Assembly: GCF_026210795.1 (NCBI RefSeq)
Contig: NC_089434.1
Coordinates: forward strand, 1,550,001-1,614,000
DNA: 64,000 nucleotides
Source: Rhizophagus irregularis
Lineage: Eukaryota
Direction: 5' to 3'
Under the pieces are notes generated by a model. The model did not search any database. It saw nothing but the letters and a program-made list of their open reading frames with translations, and was not told the DNA's origin. Both the position numbers and the translations under genes were made by a program. Each line of letters begins with the position of its first letter. The stretch's first letter is position 1. This document shows, in pieces, positions 14,955 through 28,831 of the stretch.

Positions 14955-17280
14955 TTAAAATCCGTCTGACGATAAAAAATAACAAATTAGTAAATTAGAT
15001 GATTGCTTTAAAAAGACATCTTATTTAATTAAGAAATTACCATCAGGAATTTCCAGTTCATCTTGTTCATTTGAATGAAGGCTTGGATTATTATGTGTGT
15101 CGTCATCATCATCTATAAAAAATAAATAAATATAATTAAATCTATATAAAATTGAAATCATTGTGTTCATTGTTGTAAATATTTTCGCCCTACCATCGAT
15201 ATTAATATTTTGAATTTTTGTTTGTTTTTGAACTATTTCTTTTTCATCATCTAAATTTTTAAATAAGACACGTTTAAATGTTTAATAAATGAAATGATAC
15301 AATACTAGTTAATTCGCTTATTTACTTACCATTCGAATATATCTGCAATTTTCTAAATTCTTCAGGTAATTTTTCGCCATCATCTAAAATTAAGAATTAA
15401 CATATAGATTTAATATTTAATTAAAATCGAATTTAATATTAATTCAAATACATTACCTTTAAAAAAATTGATTACTTTTGATGATTTATTACTATTCTGC
15501 TTATTTGATCCGTTAAAATCATTAACTGAAAACAAATATTAATTTATAAACATTTTTATGTAAAAAAAATTCAACGAATCTTTGTTAAATACTTACTATT
15601 ATCAGGAATGCTAAAATCATACGATTTACTACGAAATGCTATTAGTAATCATAAAATAAAGTATTTTAAAAATTAAATTATTATAATAATTAAAAATGGC
15701 AAGAAATTATTAATTCATACCTTCTTGTTCTTCTATTATAATTTAATTCAAAAAAAAAAGTAAAATCAATAATTTATTATAAAATAAAGATTTTAGAATC
15801 GTTAATAAAATGTTATTACACTCATACCTTCTGTTGCATTTCTAGGTTCAGGTAGATTTTCACCAAATTGATGAATTTTACTTGTAAATAATCTGCTACT
15901 TGTATAATTTTCTTTTACTTTATTCATTTCTAAATTATCTATTTTTGATTGGAAAAATTCATCTGACATATTTTGACAATCTATATTAAATCTTTGCATT
16001 CTTCTCCAAAATGTGTAAATATCAAGTCTTTTTAATGGATCAGCATCCCAGCATTGTACCATTAAATTTTTATATTCTAATGGAGTTCCTGGCACAATTT
16101 TTGGCCTTATACCATTAATAATGTTCATTGCAAGATCATAATCATGTTCATAATTTATAAATGGTGGTTGTCCAGATGAAATTTCCCACATAAGAATTGC
16201 AATACTATAAATATCAGATGCAAAAGTATATTCCCTTCCAATAATAACTTCGGGTGCTATGTAAGGAAGATTTCCATATATACTTTTTGATGATTTGTCA
16301 GCAGGTCCACAAAATCCAAGATCACTAATACGCCAATTATCATTATATTGTGAATATAATATATTTCCAGAATGCAAATCTCTATGAATTGCATTTTCTC
16401 TATAAATAAAGCAAACTGCGTTAATTATTTCATAAGCAATGTTAATTCTTTTTTTCCATGTAAGTTGATTATGATTTTGTTGTAAATATTTTCTTAAATC
16501 TATATCCATTTTCATCATTACAAGCATATAACTTCCATTTGTTTGATTTTGTGTTAAACCATAACATCGAACAATATCCGCCCATTTGTTACATATATTT
16601 AAATGCGATTTAGCCTAAATAACAAGATGCAGTTGTTAATACAAAAACTTAGGATTTTATAAATAAATTTCAAATAAAATTATACAAACCTCTTCAAACC
16701 AACTTTGATTTGCACTCTCAACATTTTCTAATTTTTTAAGTATTACTTTACAAGTTCCAAATCTTTTTAATTGTTTTTTTTCAGAATCCCATTCATCATA
16801 ATCTCCATTAATCCAACTTGCCGTATAAATTTCAGAAAATCCACCTTTTGTTAAATATTTAATATTTTCTAAATTACTATATGGAATCCATTCAACTACT
16901 TTACATGGCATGAGTGTTTTCATTTGACATTTTTGGATTAAATTATCAATATCATCATTTCCAGACGTCCAATTTGAAAATTTTTCTTTTAAATAATTTC
17001 GGACACAATATTCACAATATAATGTGGCTAAACAATTTTGGTTACAATTTTCACAAATTCTTCTTGAACCATCATTATCCATAACTTTATTTCGATCATA
17101 ATTTTCAGTTAAATCTCTTATTGCAAAAGATTTTTCTTCATTTGTAAGAATTTTATCAGCAAGAAGTGTTTGTTTTCTAAATTCGAATTCTTTATGTATA
17201 TCATTATGAATATTAGTATCTGTTAACGTTATTATTCTATTCTTTGTTGCATAAATTAATTTATATCGAAGAGTGGACAT
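14955..17280 (-). CDS. Glomeromycota expanded tyrosine-kinase-like protein kinase, multi-exon
   Basis: CxxC-rich N-terminus, KGGFSEIY loop, HRDLHSGN, SDLG, YIAPE, SDIYS motifs; several short 3' exons ending EQDELEIPDDGF*. Confidence 0.88.
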
Positions 17281-17472
17281 AACGTAATCAATAAAAAAGA
17301 GTGAATGAATTATTTTAAGTTCGTTCCGACGTTCCGTGATAAATTAGTAAAATGCAACTAAATTGCTGATCAAAACTTCATGTGCCCACAATAAATGTGA
17401 CCTTAAGGCGTAGTATTTTACGCCTTTTACGCCTCATAACCAAAAAAATAAAAATACACTAACGTAATAATA

Positions 17473-18431
17473 CAGTGTCCAGAAAAAAGTCAGTAACCAA
17501 TTAAAAAATTAGCAATTAATTAACAAAGTTTACTATTAAGTAAACTTTTTTTTATACTAATAAAATTACTCTTTATGAAATAAGTAAAGCTGTGTATTAT
17601 AATGAATTAAATATATCCTGAAAATTTCGTATTAATTTGATCTATATTGAGTTATTTATTACAATTTTTGTCCATATATTTCAGTATTTTTAACAAAATT
17701 TTTGGTTATAATTAATCATTAAATTTTTTGGTCTTGAAGTATTCTAATCGAATAAGCAAACTTGTTGGTTACTATGTTAAAAAACATGGTGCTTTAAAAT
17801 TTAAGATTAATCGGATTCATACTTTATACTAAGGTTTGCTTGACTTAATTACAAAATTTTACAATCGATCATGACTGATTATCTTTGTTATTTTATAAAA
17901 CTTGTACTTAAAATCTATAAATTTTTTTTAAATTTTGCTGACATTCTTTCAATAAGAAGTTTGAAATGTACGAGGAAAATAGAGACATAAATTTACTTAA
18001 TAAATGATCGACAAACAAAGCTATAAATAAATAGAAATGATCTTCAATCACGTGATTCATCACGAAATTTTGCATTTAAACAAAGCGAACTTAACGAATA
18101 TATATCCAGACAACCTGAAATTTTAAGGACCAATGTTTTTTAACATAGCCAACAAATTTTCTTAATTAATCACAACATATTAAGACTAAAAAATTTAACA
18201 GTTATTTATAGTTGAAAATTTATTATAAAAATACAAAATTTTCAAATAAAAATTGCACTATATAATTCATTTTGAATTTAATTAGCTTAAAAATTTTAGG
18301 ATAAATGTAATTCATTATGACGCACAATTTTAAGGCGATTTATTTATTATGAAAAAAAGTTTACTTAGTGGTAAACTTTACTAACTAATTGCTAATTTTT
18401 TACGTGGTTACTGACTTTTTTCCGGGCACTG
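17473..18431. mobile_element. Tc1/mariner-type foldback MITE (959 bp)
   Basis: TA|CAGTGTCCAGAAAAAAGTCAGTAACCA ... TGGTTACTGACTTTTTTCCGGGCACTG|TA; imperfect inverted similarity extends several hundred bp inward; TA TSD. Confidence 0.85.
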
Positions 18432-19558
18432 TATGTTTCTTAGTATTTTTTTTTCAAATTTGTTATATTTAGTGAATATATAGCGATAGTATTCCTTTAT
18501 GATATTGATTAATATTTTAGTTTGATAAAATAAAAATCTAAATCTCTCAAATGATTGTATATTTAATAGGCTATTAATTTATAGTTATTTTTAAAACATA
18601 TTTTTGATAAAAAGTCGATTTTTTTTTTCGCTATTTTCAAAATTTCAATTAAACTCTATTTTAAATAAACAACATGTAAGAAACCATTTAATTTATTATT
18701 TCTACTAAAAAGTTATGATTTAATAAAAAAAAATAAATAAATAAAATTGAATAAATGAAAGAAATTTTTACATTAAATAATTCAAAATAAAGCATAGAAA
18801 AACAAAAAAAAAATTCTATTATATGGACGTAATATTAATTTATTGTGGGTTGAAAGATTCTATAATTGGCTAAATAAAAAAATATGTCATAAATTATTAT
18901 GATAACTTGATAATTTGATTGAACTAATCGTAAATAACTGATAATCGCCACATTTGATTGAATTTTGCAACCAGAGATAATTTATCAAAAAAAAAAAAAA
19001 AAAAAATTAAAATCCACCTAAAGAAATGAAAAAAATTTAGTAAAAATAAATAGCGAAAATTTTTTTTATATCCATTTTCTGTATCGTCAATAAATAAACA
19101 CAACTTTTTAATCGCTAATATCTTTATAGTTCATAGTACTCCCGATAAATTATCCCTATCTGATATTTATTTTTTTTATGGATAAAGAAATGATGTTTAT
19201 TCAAGAGTGGATTAAAATTCTAAAAAGCGGTAATAGTTAAAACAAGTTCATCTATTTGGTAAATTGAGTTCTGTACACGAGCGAAATGTACTTGATCTGT
19301 CATTATTTTTATATAAGTGTTAGTATTCTCGAAATAAAGATATAAAGTAGATAAATAAGAATAAATAACGACAGTTCAACTTAAACATGGAATTTCCATC
19401 GACGGATAATTTTTTGGTTTGAAAGTAAAGATTATATATTATTCAATAATATACCACGATTTTATTTGTTTATGCCATAAAATTTATTTCCATAAAATTA
19501 TTATTTTCGTCTAAATTCGAATTATTACTGTTGCAACGATTAATAATGGTTATTATAA

Positions 19559-20021
19559 GATAATTTATACATTTAATAATTTGAATAACTTTATTACATA
19601 ATTATTTAAATTACAAACTAAGAATTTGTAAAACCATTTTACTACTCTAGTCTGTGTTTAAATAATTCAAAATAAAAAAAAATAGATAAATAAATGATAA
19701 TAATTTAAAATATAAAAAATATAAAATATTCAGTTGTTAGATTGATTTCAATTTAAAATCCGTCTGACGATAAAAAATAACAAATTAGTAAATTAGATGA
19801 TTGCTTTAAAAAGAAATCTTTATTTATTTAAGAACCTACCATCCGGAATTTCCAGTTCATCTTTTTCATTTGAATGAAGGTTTGGATGATTATGTGTGTC
19901 GTCATCATCTGTAAGAAATAAATATATAGAATTAAATCAATATAAAATTGAAATCATTGTTGCAAAAATTTTTGCCTACCATCGATATTAATATTTTGCA
20001 TTTTTGTTTGTTTTTGGACTA
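19559..20021 (-). pseudogene. Orphan copy of the last exons and 3' UTR of the kinase at 14955..17280
   Basis: Near-identical to ~14757..15234 (EKDELEIPDDGF* exons); stops abruptly within an exon at ~20021. Confidence 0.8.
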
Positions 20022-20061
20022 ACCATTTTATAGTATATTAATAATTTATTTGTACTTATAA

Positions 20062-23000
20062 ATTCAAGAGTATTTAACAAATTTTATAATACATGGAATA
20101 TCCCAAAATCCAGTTACAAAAGATTATATTATAGCTTTTTTAGATAAAGATTATTGTATAAACTGTAACAAAGCTTATACAGAAGTAAAAAATAGATGGT
20201 GTAAACAGTGCCAAATAAATAATTTAAGAAAAACTTTGACTAACTGGACCAGTGGAAACGAAAAAGTTGATTATTTTATTCAAGAAAAGCAATCACTATG
20301 GATTAATGATCCACTTGACGTAGTATTTGAGTGGATACCATACAATCAATTTTGTGATGTTAAAGAGTTAGATATTGATGACTTTTCTATAGCATTGTAT
20401 TCAGCTAAATGGAACAATGGTCCATTATATTGGAGAAGTTGGCCTAAAATATATACAAGAGAATCAGACATGAAAGTTATTATAAAACATTTATATAATT
20501 TACAAAATATTGATGAATTTTTAAATGAGGTAGGAAATTTTACTATGAATTGAATCATTTAATATAATATATTGATTTATTATTATACTTGAATAGGTTA
20601 AAGCACATTCAATCAATTTTACAGTATATGGAATATCTCAAAATCCAGATACAAATGATTATATTTTAGTTTGGAAAGATAAATATGGAGAATGTTGTAA
20701 AAAATGTAACAATGTTTATACAGATGTGGATGATCAATGGTGCAAAGAATGCCAAATAAATTATTTAAAAAATAATTTTATTAATTGGTCTAGCAAAAAT
20801 GAAACAATTGATAATTTTATTCAACAAAGGCAATTAGAGGCTAACGTAGTGCTTCGACCCGGATGAAAACCGTCATCCGGATTACACAAAAAAAAAATCC
20901 GGATTATATCCGGATTGACCCGGATTTTGAATCCGGATCAGATAATCCGGATAGAAACCGGAAACCGGATTGGATTTACAAATGATCGGCAATAATTCTG
21001 GCCAGAATTCATAACGCCTGCCAGAATTACAAATTGTGTAACATTAAATTTTCATGCCAGCCGATAAAAAATTTTTTGCCCGGTGGCTAAACTATTTTTC
21101 TGGTGTCACGTGATGTTAATTTCGGCCAGAATTAACAAATTTGGCCAAAATTATCCAAGACCACGAAATTTACATAATTCCAATTTCATTAAATACTTTT
21201 ATTTAAAACAATTTCTTTTAAACAAGATATTTTTATATACAGCTAAAGATTACTATAAATAGATGTGTTGGGTTAGTAAGGTAATTTTTTAAGGATTTGT
21301 TTCTTCTTTCAAAAATTAAAGAATCATTTGAATCAAATTATATAACACTAGTTTTAATTTTTTAAAAAAGTTGTTATAATTATATAAATTTATAATATTG
21401 AACAATTTTTCATTTAAAACAATAATTATTATTTTGTTGTAACAAAAATAATATAAAGTTTTTTTTCTTTTGAACGTTTGAATGTAAAATCTAAAATTAT
21501 TTGTTATTTGTTAATGTATAAATTTAAATAAACAAATCTGATACAAACTTCAATAAATAAATTATAATTGAAAAATCTTCTTAAACTTACTGTATTAAAA
21601 AGTTTAATATAACAAATATAAATTTAATAAATTTTAATAAAAAAATTGGTATTAGGCGCAAAAATAATTAGCCATAATATCATTTAGATATAGATCTTTA
21701 TGGATCAGCAAAATTATTATCAATAAAAAAAAAATAATAAAAATTTCATCCGGATTCCGGGTCAAACCGGATATTTTTCATCCGGTTTATAATCCGGATG
21801 AAAACCGTGAAAATCCGGATATCCGAAAAAAAAAAAATCCGGATCAATCCGGATTGATCCGGATACGGGTCGAGGCACTAGGCTAACGGCCGATTGGATA
21901 TAATATTGGAATGGATACCATACAATCAATTTTTTGACATTAAAGAAATAGGTAAAGGAGGTTTTGCCACTATATATTCAGCAACATGGAAAGGTGGTCC
22001 GTTAAATTATAGTGTTCATAAAAGCAAATATGCGAGAATTTTAGATAAAATAGTTGCTTTAAAATGCTTACATAATTCTCAAAATATTACTGATGAGTTT
22101 TTAAATGAGGTACGACATTTTCGTTATAAATTCGCCATTAATTTATAGTAATTTTTTTTTGTTTTTGTTTTAATAGATTAAAGAATATTCAATAGATAAC
22201 CATGGTAATAATATTGCTAAGATATATGGCTTATCCCAAAATCCTGATACAAAAGAATATATTATAATTCTTGATTATGCAGAAGGAGGAAGTCTTAATA
22301 ATTGGTTAAGCAAAAATTATAAATATTTTTCTTGGTTCGCTAAATTAAATACGTTACTTAATATCAGTAATGGACTTAAAGAGGTTCATCAAAAACAGAG
22401 AGTTCATCGTGATTTACATACAGGGAATATATTATTTTTTGTGAATAACATAAATATCTTCGATGATAATATAATATCAATTTCTGATATGGGATTATGT
22501 GGAGAAGTTGATAATATAGACAAATCAAATATTTATGGAGTTATGCCTTATGTAGCCCCTGAAGTATTAAGAGGAAATCCTTATACTCAAGCAGCAGACA
22601 TATATAGCTTTGGTATGATTATGTATTTTGTATCAACAGGAAGACAACCATTTGCTAAATATGCTCATGATGAGATTCTAGCATTAGATATATGTAATGA
22701 AATTAGACCTGAAATTAGTGAGCCAGAAGCACCAAAATGTTATATTGATTTAATGGAAAAGTGCTGGGATTCAAATCCAGAAAATAGACCAGATTCATTA
22801 ACATTATACAAATCGATTTTACAATTTCGTAAGTCATATAGAGGAGAAATTTTTGATACAGGAAGTGGAATTTTCGAGGGGCAACTTAATAAGTCATATA
22901 ATTCATATAGAGGAAAAAATTTAGGTACAGAAACATATGGTATTGGGGAGAAATTAATTGCGCCACATAATAAAAAAAGTTTAGGTATAGCAACATATGA

Positions 23001-23349
23001 TCAATCGAAAAAATTTTTAGATATAGGTAATATATATGGTGATGAAACTGAGAAGTACTATGATAATGAAATTGGTGAGCAGTTTGAAAGGTCACATAAT
23101 GGAGAGATTTTCGGTGCAGGGACATATGGTGAAATTGAGAAGTATGATAGTAATGAAATTGAGAAGCAATTCATAAAAGCAGAAGAATACAGAATAGGAA
23201 CTCTTTCATTTGAAGAAGATAATCAACTTAGTAATCAATCAGATACCCATCCACAAGCAATTTATACATCCCGATTACTTAATTCTTTTACCCAAGAACT
23301 AAAATTTGATGACAATCCTTCTGAAGCTTTAGAATGTGAGATAAAATAA
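20062..23349 (+). pseudogene. Protein kinase with repeated N-terminal modules, 5'-truncated and interrupted by a MITE
   Basis: Repeated GISQNP..DY / WC..CQ / NWTS / EWIPYNQF modules; GKGGFA, HRDLHTGN, SDMG, YVAPE motifs; no start exon found; exon split at 20847-21880. Confidence 0.8.
20847..21880. mobile_element. hAT-type non-autonomous element (1034 bp)
   Basis: TIR TAGTGCYTCGACCCGKAT; 8-bp TSD GGCTAACG (20839-20846 and 21881-21888); many subterminal ATCCGG repeats. Confidence 0.92.
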
Positions 23350-26300
23350 TGATTGATTTACTAAGATGCAATTCACTTGAATTAGGTAATTTATAAATAT
23401 TATTTCATTCAATATAATTTTATATTTTAAAATAAGTAAATAAGTTTTATATAGGATCTTAGTACAACACTTATTATAACTATAGATTAACATAAAACAA
23501 GATCACTGTGTAATTAAGCAATTTGTTTTTAAACTATTACTTGATAAATAAAATTTCTCTTTTTTTTTTTATATTTTGAAGTAATTATAAATATTGCTTT
23601 TAAAGATAAGATTTTACATATAGAATTTTGTGTATTTCCATTAAATTTGAACGAAAATTTTTCATTTTTTAATTCGTTTAAAAACAAAATAAAATGAGTG
23701 AATTTAATTTAATATTTCATCCGTTTAACTTTATAAGTGAATTAACAATACAATGTTATTTATAAACATACAGTATAATAAAAGTGAAGAAAACCTGGCA
23801 AAGTTTAATTCATTAGCATAATTTTTTACTTTGTCATCTTTTGTTATTGAAATCGAGGTCACCTCTAAAAATAACTATAGTCTCCTCAATGCCAAAGGTG
23901 CTATCTTGGGTGCCTTGATTGGTCACTTCAAAATTGTTATAAATGTCATCTTCTTTCTCAACATTATCTGCTTTCCTTTTGTGTGTTAAATCATCTTGTT
24001 TTTGCTGCACGCATGTACAAGATCAAAGCTGAATATCTAGATTCTGTGAAGAACTAAATATCAAAAAAAAAAAAAAAAAAATACCAGCAAGTCACAGCTG
24101 ATTCTTCCGATTCCTGAAATAATCTCTATTATCAGAACACAAGATTGTGGATAAGGTAATTACCAAAAATTGATCTTCATTTCTTTCTGATGGCCACTAA
24201 CCTATGCACATCAACAAGATAGATAAAGGCTTAAAAGACGACTAATCATCCGTACGAACCCTTCAAAACTATTTACATCATCGTCTTTCATGGACTTCAA
24301 AGGACTTTTCATAGTTCGGAACTGCTTATTTCATCAACGACTTAATGTTCGTCTGAAAATTGTAAGAAATAAAAATAATAATCAAATAATTACAAATATT
24401 TTTAGTAATATGCCATCAACTTTGCATCACCTTAGTTTAGCAGCTCACTTAAAGTTAAATCAACTTGAGACTTTGCAATCTCATCGCTTCTAATCCAAAT
24501 GATATCGATTATTTCTGATATTTCACTATTTTAAAAGGAAAATTTAAGCAAAAGAGAACTACTGAGTAGTAACTTTTTTATGATATTTGGAAATAGAAAT
24601 ATAAAACGCAAAGAAGCTACATATAATTTTGCGCTTTTCTTCATCCTCCCATCGGGTTAGAACAGCATTCAACTCTCCTCGACAGCATCGAGAGATATAG
24701 TTACATCACTTACATGTAGTAGAACCAATTTAACTGACCTTCAGTTAATTCTGTAACAATTTTGCTTTATTTACCGCATTTTAATCAGTTGCTTTGACAA
24801 CTCGTCACCTAGCAAAGAATGAGCTTGAATTCGCTTCTGAATCCAGTGTATATCAAAGATTTGATAGATCAACTCTCAATATTCATATTTAGCCAGTAAG
24901 TTGCACAAACAGTCCAGGTAACGACTGTAACACGCATATTAGTTGTAGTGTTAAGTTTCATATTATTGTATGTAGAGAAAGTGCCGATGGTAATTTTGAT
25001 GATAATGGCGGTCTGATGTAACATTCACGAGTTGAAAATAGACGACGACTCTACTTAATCTAAACTGGGGGTTCAGTTTTATTAAGATTTATTTCCATAC
25101 TGTTGCAGTAGAGTTTTCGCAGTATTTGTTTCGGAATAAACTTTTCCTAAAGTTTTTTCCGTAGACCATAGTAAAATGTATCATTAAGACTTAAGTACTA
25201 GGTCTTGTTTTCCGTTGACATAGCTACAGGTTTAGCTCAAACGAAAAAAATTTGCTAAACGAGGAGTTTCCGGACGAATGTTTATGTTTATCCGTCGCGT
25301 ATTTCGTTTCTATTTTATCAATCACATATTCCCGCCGTTATGTGATCCTATGACAATTAAACGTCATAACTTACAGATGAACACGATATACGTTTAAGAT
25401 ATCTTTATTTTGTTTCAAAGGAGATGACAATAAAATTCAACCGTTAATCGTTATTCATTATTAGTCAAAACTAACCAAAACTAGCTTTTTTATTTATTTA
25501 TTTATTTTATCTATTTTTTTTTTGTAAGGTTCAATGATGACAGAATGACTTGAACTAGTTGCGCGACTTAATAGTGAATGGGTAAATATTGAAAACGCTT
25601 TAATAATTTTTATTGTAATACATGAATTGGGCAAGTAGTATTTGTATTGGTACGATGAATAAATTTTGAAACCACATTGCTGATTTCAATTATAAACAAT
25701 AGGTATTATGTGAAAAATGGAGGAAAAAAAAATTAAATGTCTTGTTATGCTTTTTTACTAGCTTTTCTTTCTTTCTTTCCGGACAAATTGATTATTAACG
25801 TATCGTAATCTAGTATCAAAGTTAAAAATTTTATAATATTAAATAATTTTTCTTTGAACAACTTTACATTTTAATTCAAATAAAAATATTAATAAGTACA
25901 TGGAGCGAATATGGTTAAATTTAGAAATCGCGAAGAATTCATTGTGCAGATATATGATAAATAAATTAAAAGGTATATAAATTATGTGTTAAATTGTGTT
26001 TATAAAGAAATCTTGGCGAAATTTTTATCGTTCAAAATTAGTTTTTTAGTTACACAAGTTTCAATGTAAATATAATAATGACCCAAAATAATTATTTATT
26101 ATAAAGTATTTTTATAAGAAAAGGTTTTATTGTTACATACAGTACATATAACTATATTGATTATTCGTTGATTCAATGAAAGATCAATGAGAATAAAAAA
26201 GGAAAATCAATATCTATATCACAAACAGGGGTACGAATAACAGCCACCTAAAATCTTACTTAGAACAAAAAACTATTGTTATATGATGAAAATATTTTTT

Positions 26301-26445
26301 TTTAGATATTCATATTACTTTGTAAAATACTTTAACAGTTGTTTGATAATGTATGTAATTATCAAAAATTTAAAGAATAAGTTTATTTATAAAATTTTCA
26401 AAATTTTCAAAATTTCCCAAAAAATTTATGTTAAACCCATTAATA

Positions 26446-27981
26446 TTAAAAACCTTCCAATTCTTCTACATATCTTAATTTAGAATTAATAAACAAATCA
26501 TAATATTTTTGAATTTTAATATTATATAACTCAAATTCTTTCACTTCATCTTTAAATGAAGATAAATCAGTATTAGAACTAATAATAGCCAAATATTTGA
26601 TTCTTTTCTTTTTCATAATATATTTTTTTATATAGAATAAAATAATATCATGAGTATCACGACATTCCTCATCTTGATCTTCACTATAATTGATTAACAA
26701 TTTTTTAATATAAGTATTCTGAGAATTTTTTAAGAAAATTTCAAAATCTTCATATTTAATAATAAGAGTTAAACTTAAATATTCTAATTTAAGAGGAAGT
26801 AATTGACCTAAATTTTGTAATATAATTGAACTAAATTCAATAGCAAAGATTTTGATAGAAAGATGATTAAGATTTTGTTTTAGATTTTCAGTTAAATTGA
26901 ATAAAGGATAAATAATCCGACTATTAAATACAGTCAAATCAAGAAATTTAATATTTTTACAATATTTTATAATTGATTCAAGTAATTGTTGCTCCTCAGA
27001 TATAAACGAACTAAAACCAACTTCAAACCCAAAATTTTCCAAATAATCACCATATTTTTGTAATAATAATTGTAATAATTCAATAAATTGTAATTCATTA
27101 TTTCTATATAAGAATATAGATTTTAACTTAAATGGTTTAATTAAGTTAATTATTTTTTGAACAAAATCAGTACTTAAAATACAATAAATGATATGAACAG
27201 ATTCTAAAACATTCAATTGTTTAAATAGTTTGTCTAAATTGGTTATAACTTTAAAATTTAGGGAATATAAGATGATTGTATTTAAAGTATTTGATGAATG
27301 ATTATAATCTTTTGATAACAATGATGATTGATATATAGGAAAACTATTACAAGTTGATGAAATTTTTTTAAGATTTTGACATAAAATAATCATTTGAGGT
27401 GCAAAATTTTTAGCATGGCTAAGTAAGACATCAATACAACCGAGTTTTAAATTTCTAATATTATGAAAGAAATCTGGGTTTTTTAACATTAATTCAAGTA
27501 TATCATCTATATAGGAAAAATTGATCTGAATATCAAAAGTATGTATATTTACTTCATTTAAAATAAATATTTTAAATAATGACATGTGAATTAATCTCTT
27601 AAATCCAAGTATTGAGCTTTTTTCGAGTTTAACATCTTTAGCCCATTCTTTAATAGAAGAAATAATTTTCTGTGTATACAAATATTTTAAAAAAGTGGGA
27701 TAATTAAAAAGTGTATTTGAAGGAAATAATTTATCATCAATTTTATATTTACTTAATTGTGCTTTTAAATCACCATTTAAGTTATGTAAATAAATTATAA
27801 TAAAGTTATAATTTTTGTTAGGAATTGAAAATGGATTTTCCCATAATAATGGAATCGCTAAACGACACCATAATCTGTTAACTAATATACATGAATGTAA
27901 AGTTGAAAAATCATTCTTAAAATATTTTATAATATCATATGTTAATTCAGGTAAATCTGAAAATATTTTTGAATATGACAT
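26446..27981 (-). CDS. F-box protein with LRR-like C-terminus (Glomeromycota expanded family), 511 aa
   Basis: Intronless ORF; N-terminal DLPELTYDIIKYFKNDFSTLHSCILVNRLWCRLAIPLLW F-box signature. Confidence 0.85.
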   Translation of the reverse strand: MSYSKIFSDLPELTYDIIKYFKNDFSTLHSCILVNRLWCRLAIPLLWENPFSIPNKNYNFIIIYLHNLNGDLKAQLSKYKIDDKLFPSNTLFNYPTFLKYLYTQKIISSIKEWAKDVKLEKSSILGFKRLIHMSLFKIFILNEVNIHTFDIQINFSYIDDILELMLKNPDFFHNIRNLKLGCIDVLLSHAKNFAPQMIILCQNLKKISSTCNSFPIYQSSLLSKDYNHSSNTLNTIILYSLNFKVITNLDKLFKQLNVLESVHIIYCILSTDFVQKIINLIKPFKLKSIFLYRNNELQFIELLQLLLQKYGDYLENFGFEVGFSSFISEEQQLLESIIKYCKNIKFLDLTVFNSRIIYPLFNLTENLKQNLNHLSIKIFAIEFSSIILQNLGQLLPLKLEYLSLTLIIKYEDFEIFLKNSQNTYIKKLLINYSEDQDEECRDTHDIILFYIKKYIMKKKRIKYLAIISSNTDLSSFKDEVKEFELYNIKIQKYYDLFINSKLRYVEELEGF

Positions 27982-28343
27982 ATTTTAAGCGAAGTAAGAA
28001 AAAAAGAGGTATTAGTTTATCACTTATATTAATTTCGGAGTATTGTCGCACAATTAGGGCGTAAAAAAAGGTATTATGTAATTATGTTACAATTTGAATC
28101 ACGATGATTGATATATCCAAATACTTATTCTTTTCCATATTTTGAAATCATCCTTTTCTCAAAAATTTATTTATTGAAACATTACACTTTTTAATAGTAT
28201 AAAATGTTATTGCAAAGATAAATCTTATCATTAATCGATAAAGAACACATTTTTCGCATATATATGTTACATACATTGTTTCTTAAATTTTAATTACATT
28301 TTATTCTGTTACTATCACGTGACTAAATCAACATACAAAATAC

Positions 28344-28831
28344 TGTTAGAAGTCAGTTCTTGTATGCTTAGGATTAAGCTATGTATATAAATTTATATTT
28401 TGGGTTTAGGCAGAAGGTTATAATTAATGGATCATTGTTAACGCTAAAATTGAACTGATCAGATGTAAATAATGTATCACTCAACACTAGTGCATACACT
28501 CAGATACAAATAAAGGTCACAAATTAGCAAAACTCAAAAATCAAAGTGTATATTTTAAAGATAAACCTTTTTTATTAATTAAATCCTAATCAACCGATAC
28601 ATTTTAATGCTCTTCTTTTACAGGTCTATATATATGTAAAAATACTAGACTAAAAATATCTAACATATTGCATTTATTAAATAAATTAAACATATTTGAT
28701 ATATTGAACATATTTGATATGTTGCATATATTTGATATGTTTCATATATGCAACATATGCAACATTTCGAACATTGATCATCACCCCGTGATTAGGCCGA
28801 ATTTTTGTCACGTGATTGATCGTTCGTTACA
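28344..28831 (-). repeat. 3' LTR of Gypsy element
   Basis: TGTTAGAAG...CGTTACA; direct repeat of 60073..60560; adjacent to PPT. Confidence 0.96.

Noticed and set aside
23840..25210. Slightly GC-richer tract that may be a decayed gene or transposon
   Set aside because: No long frame and no motif I could assign
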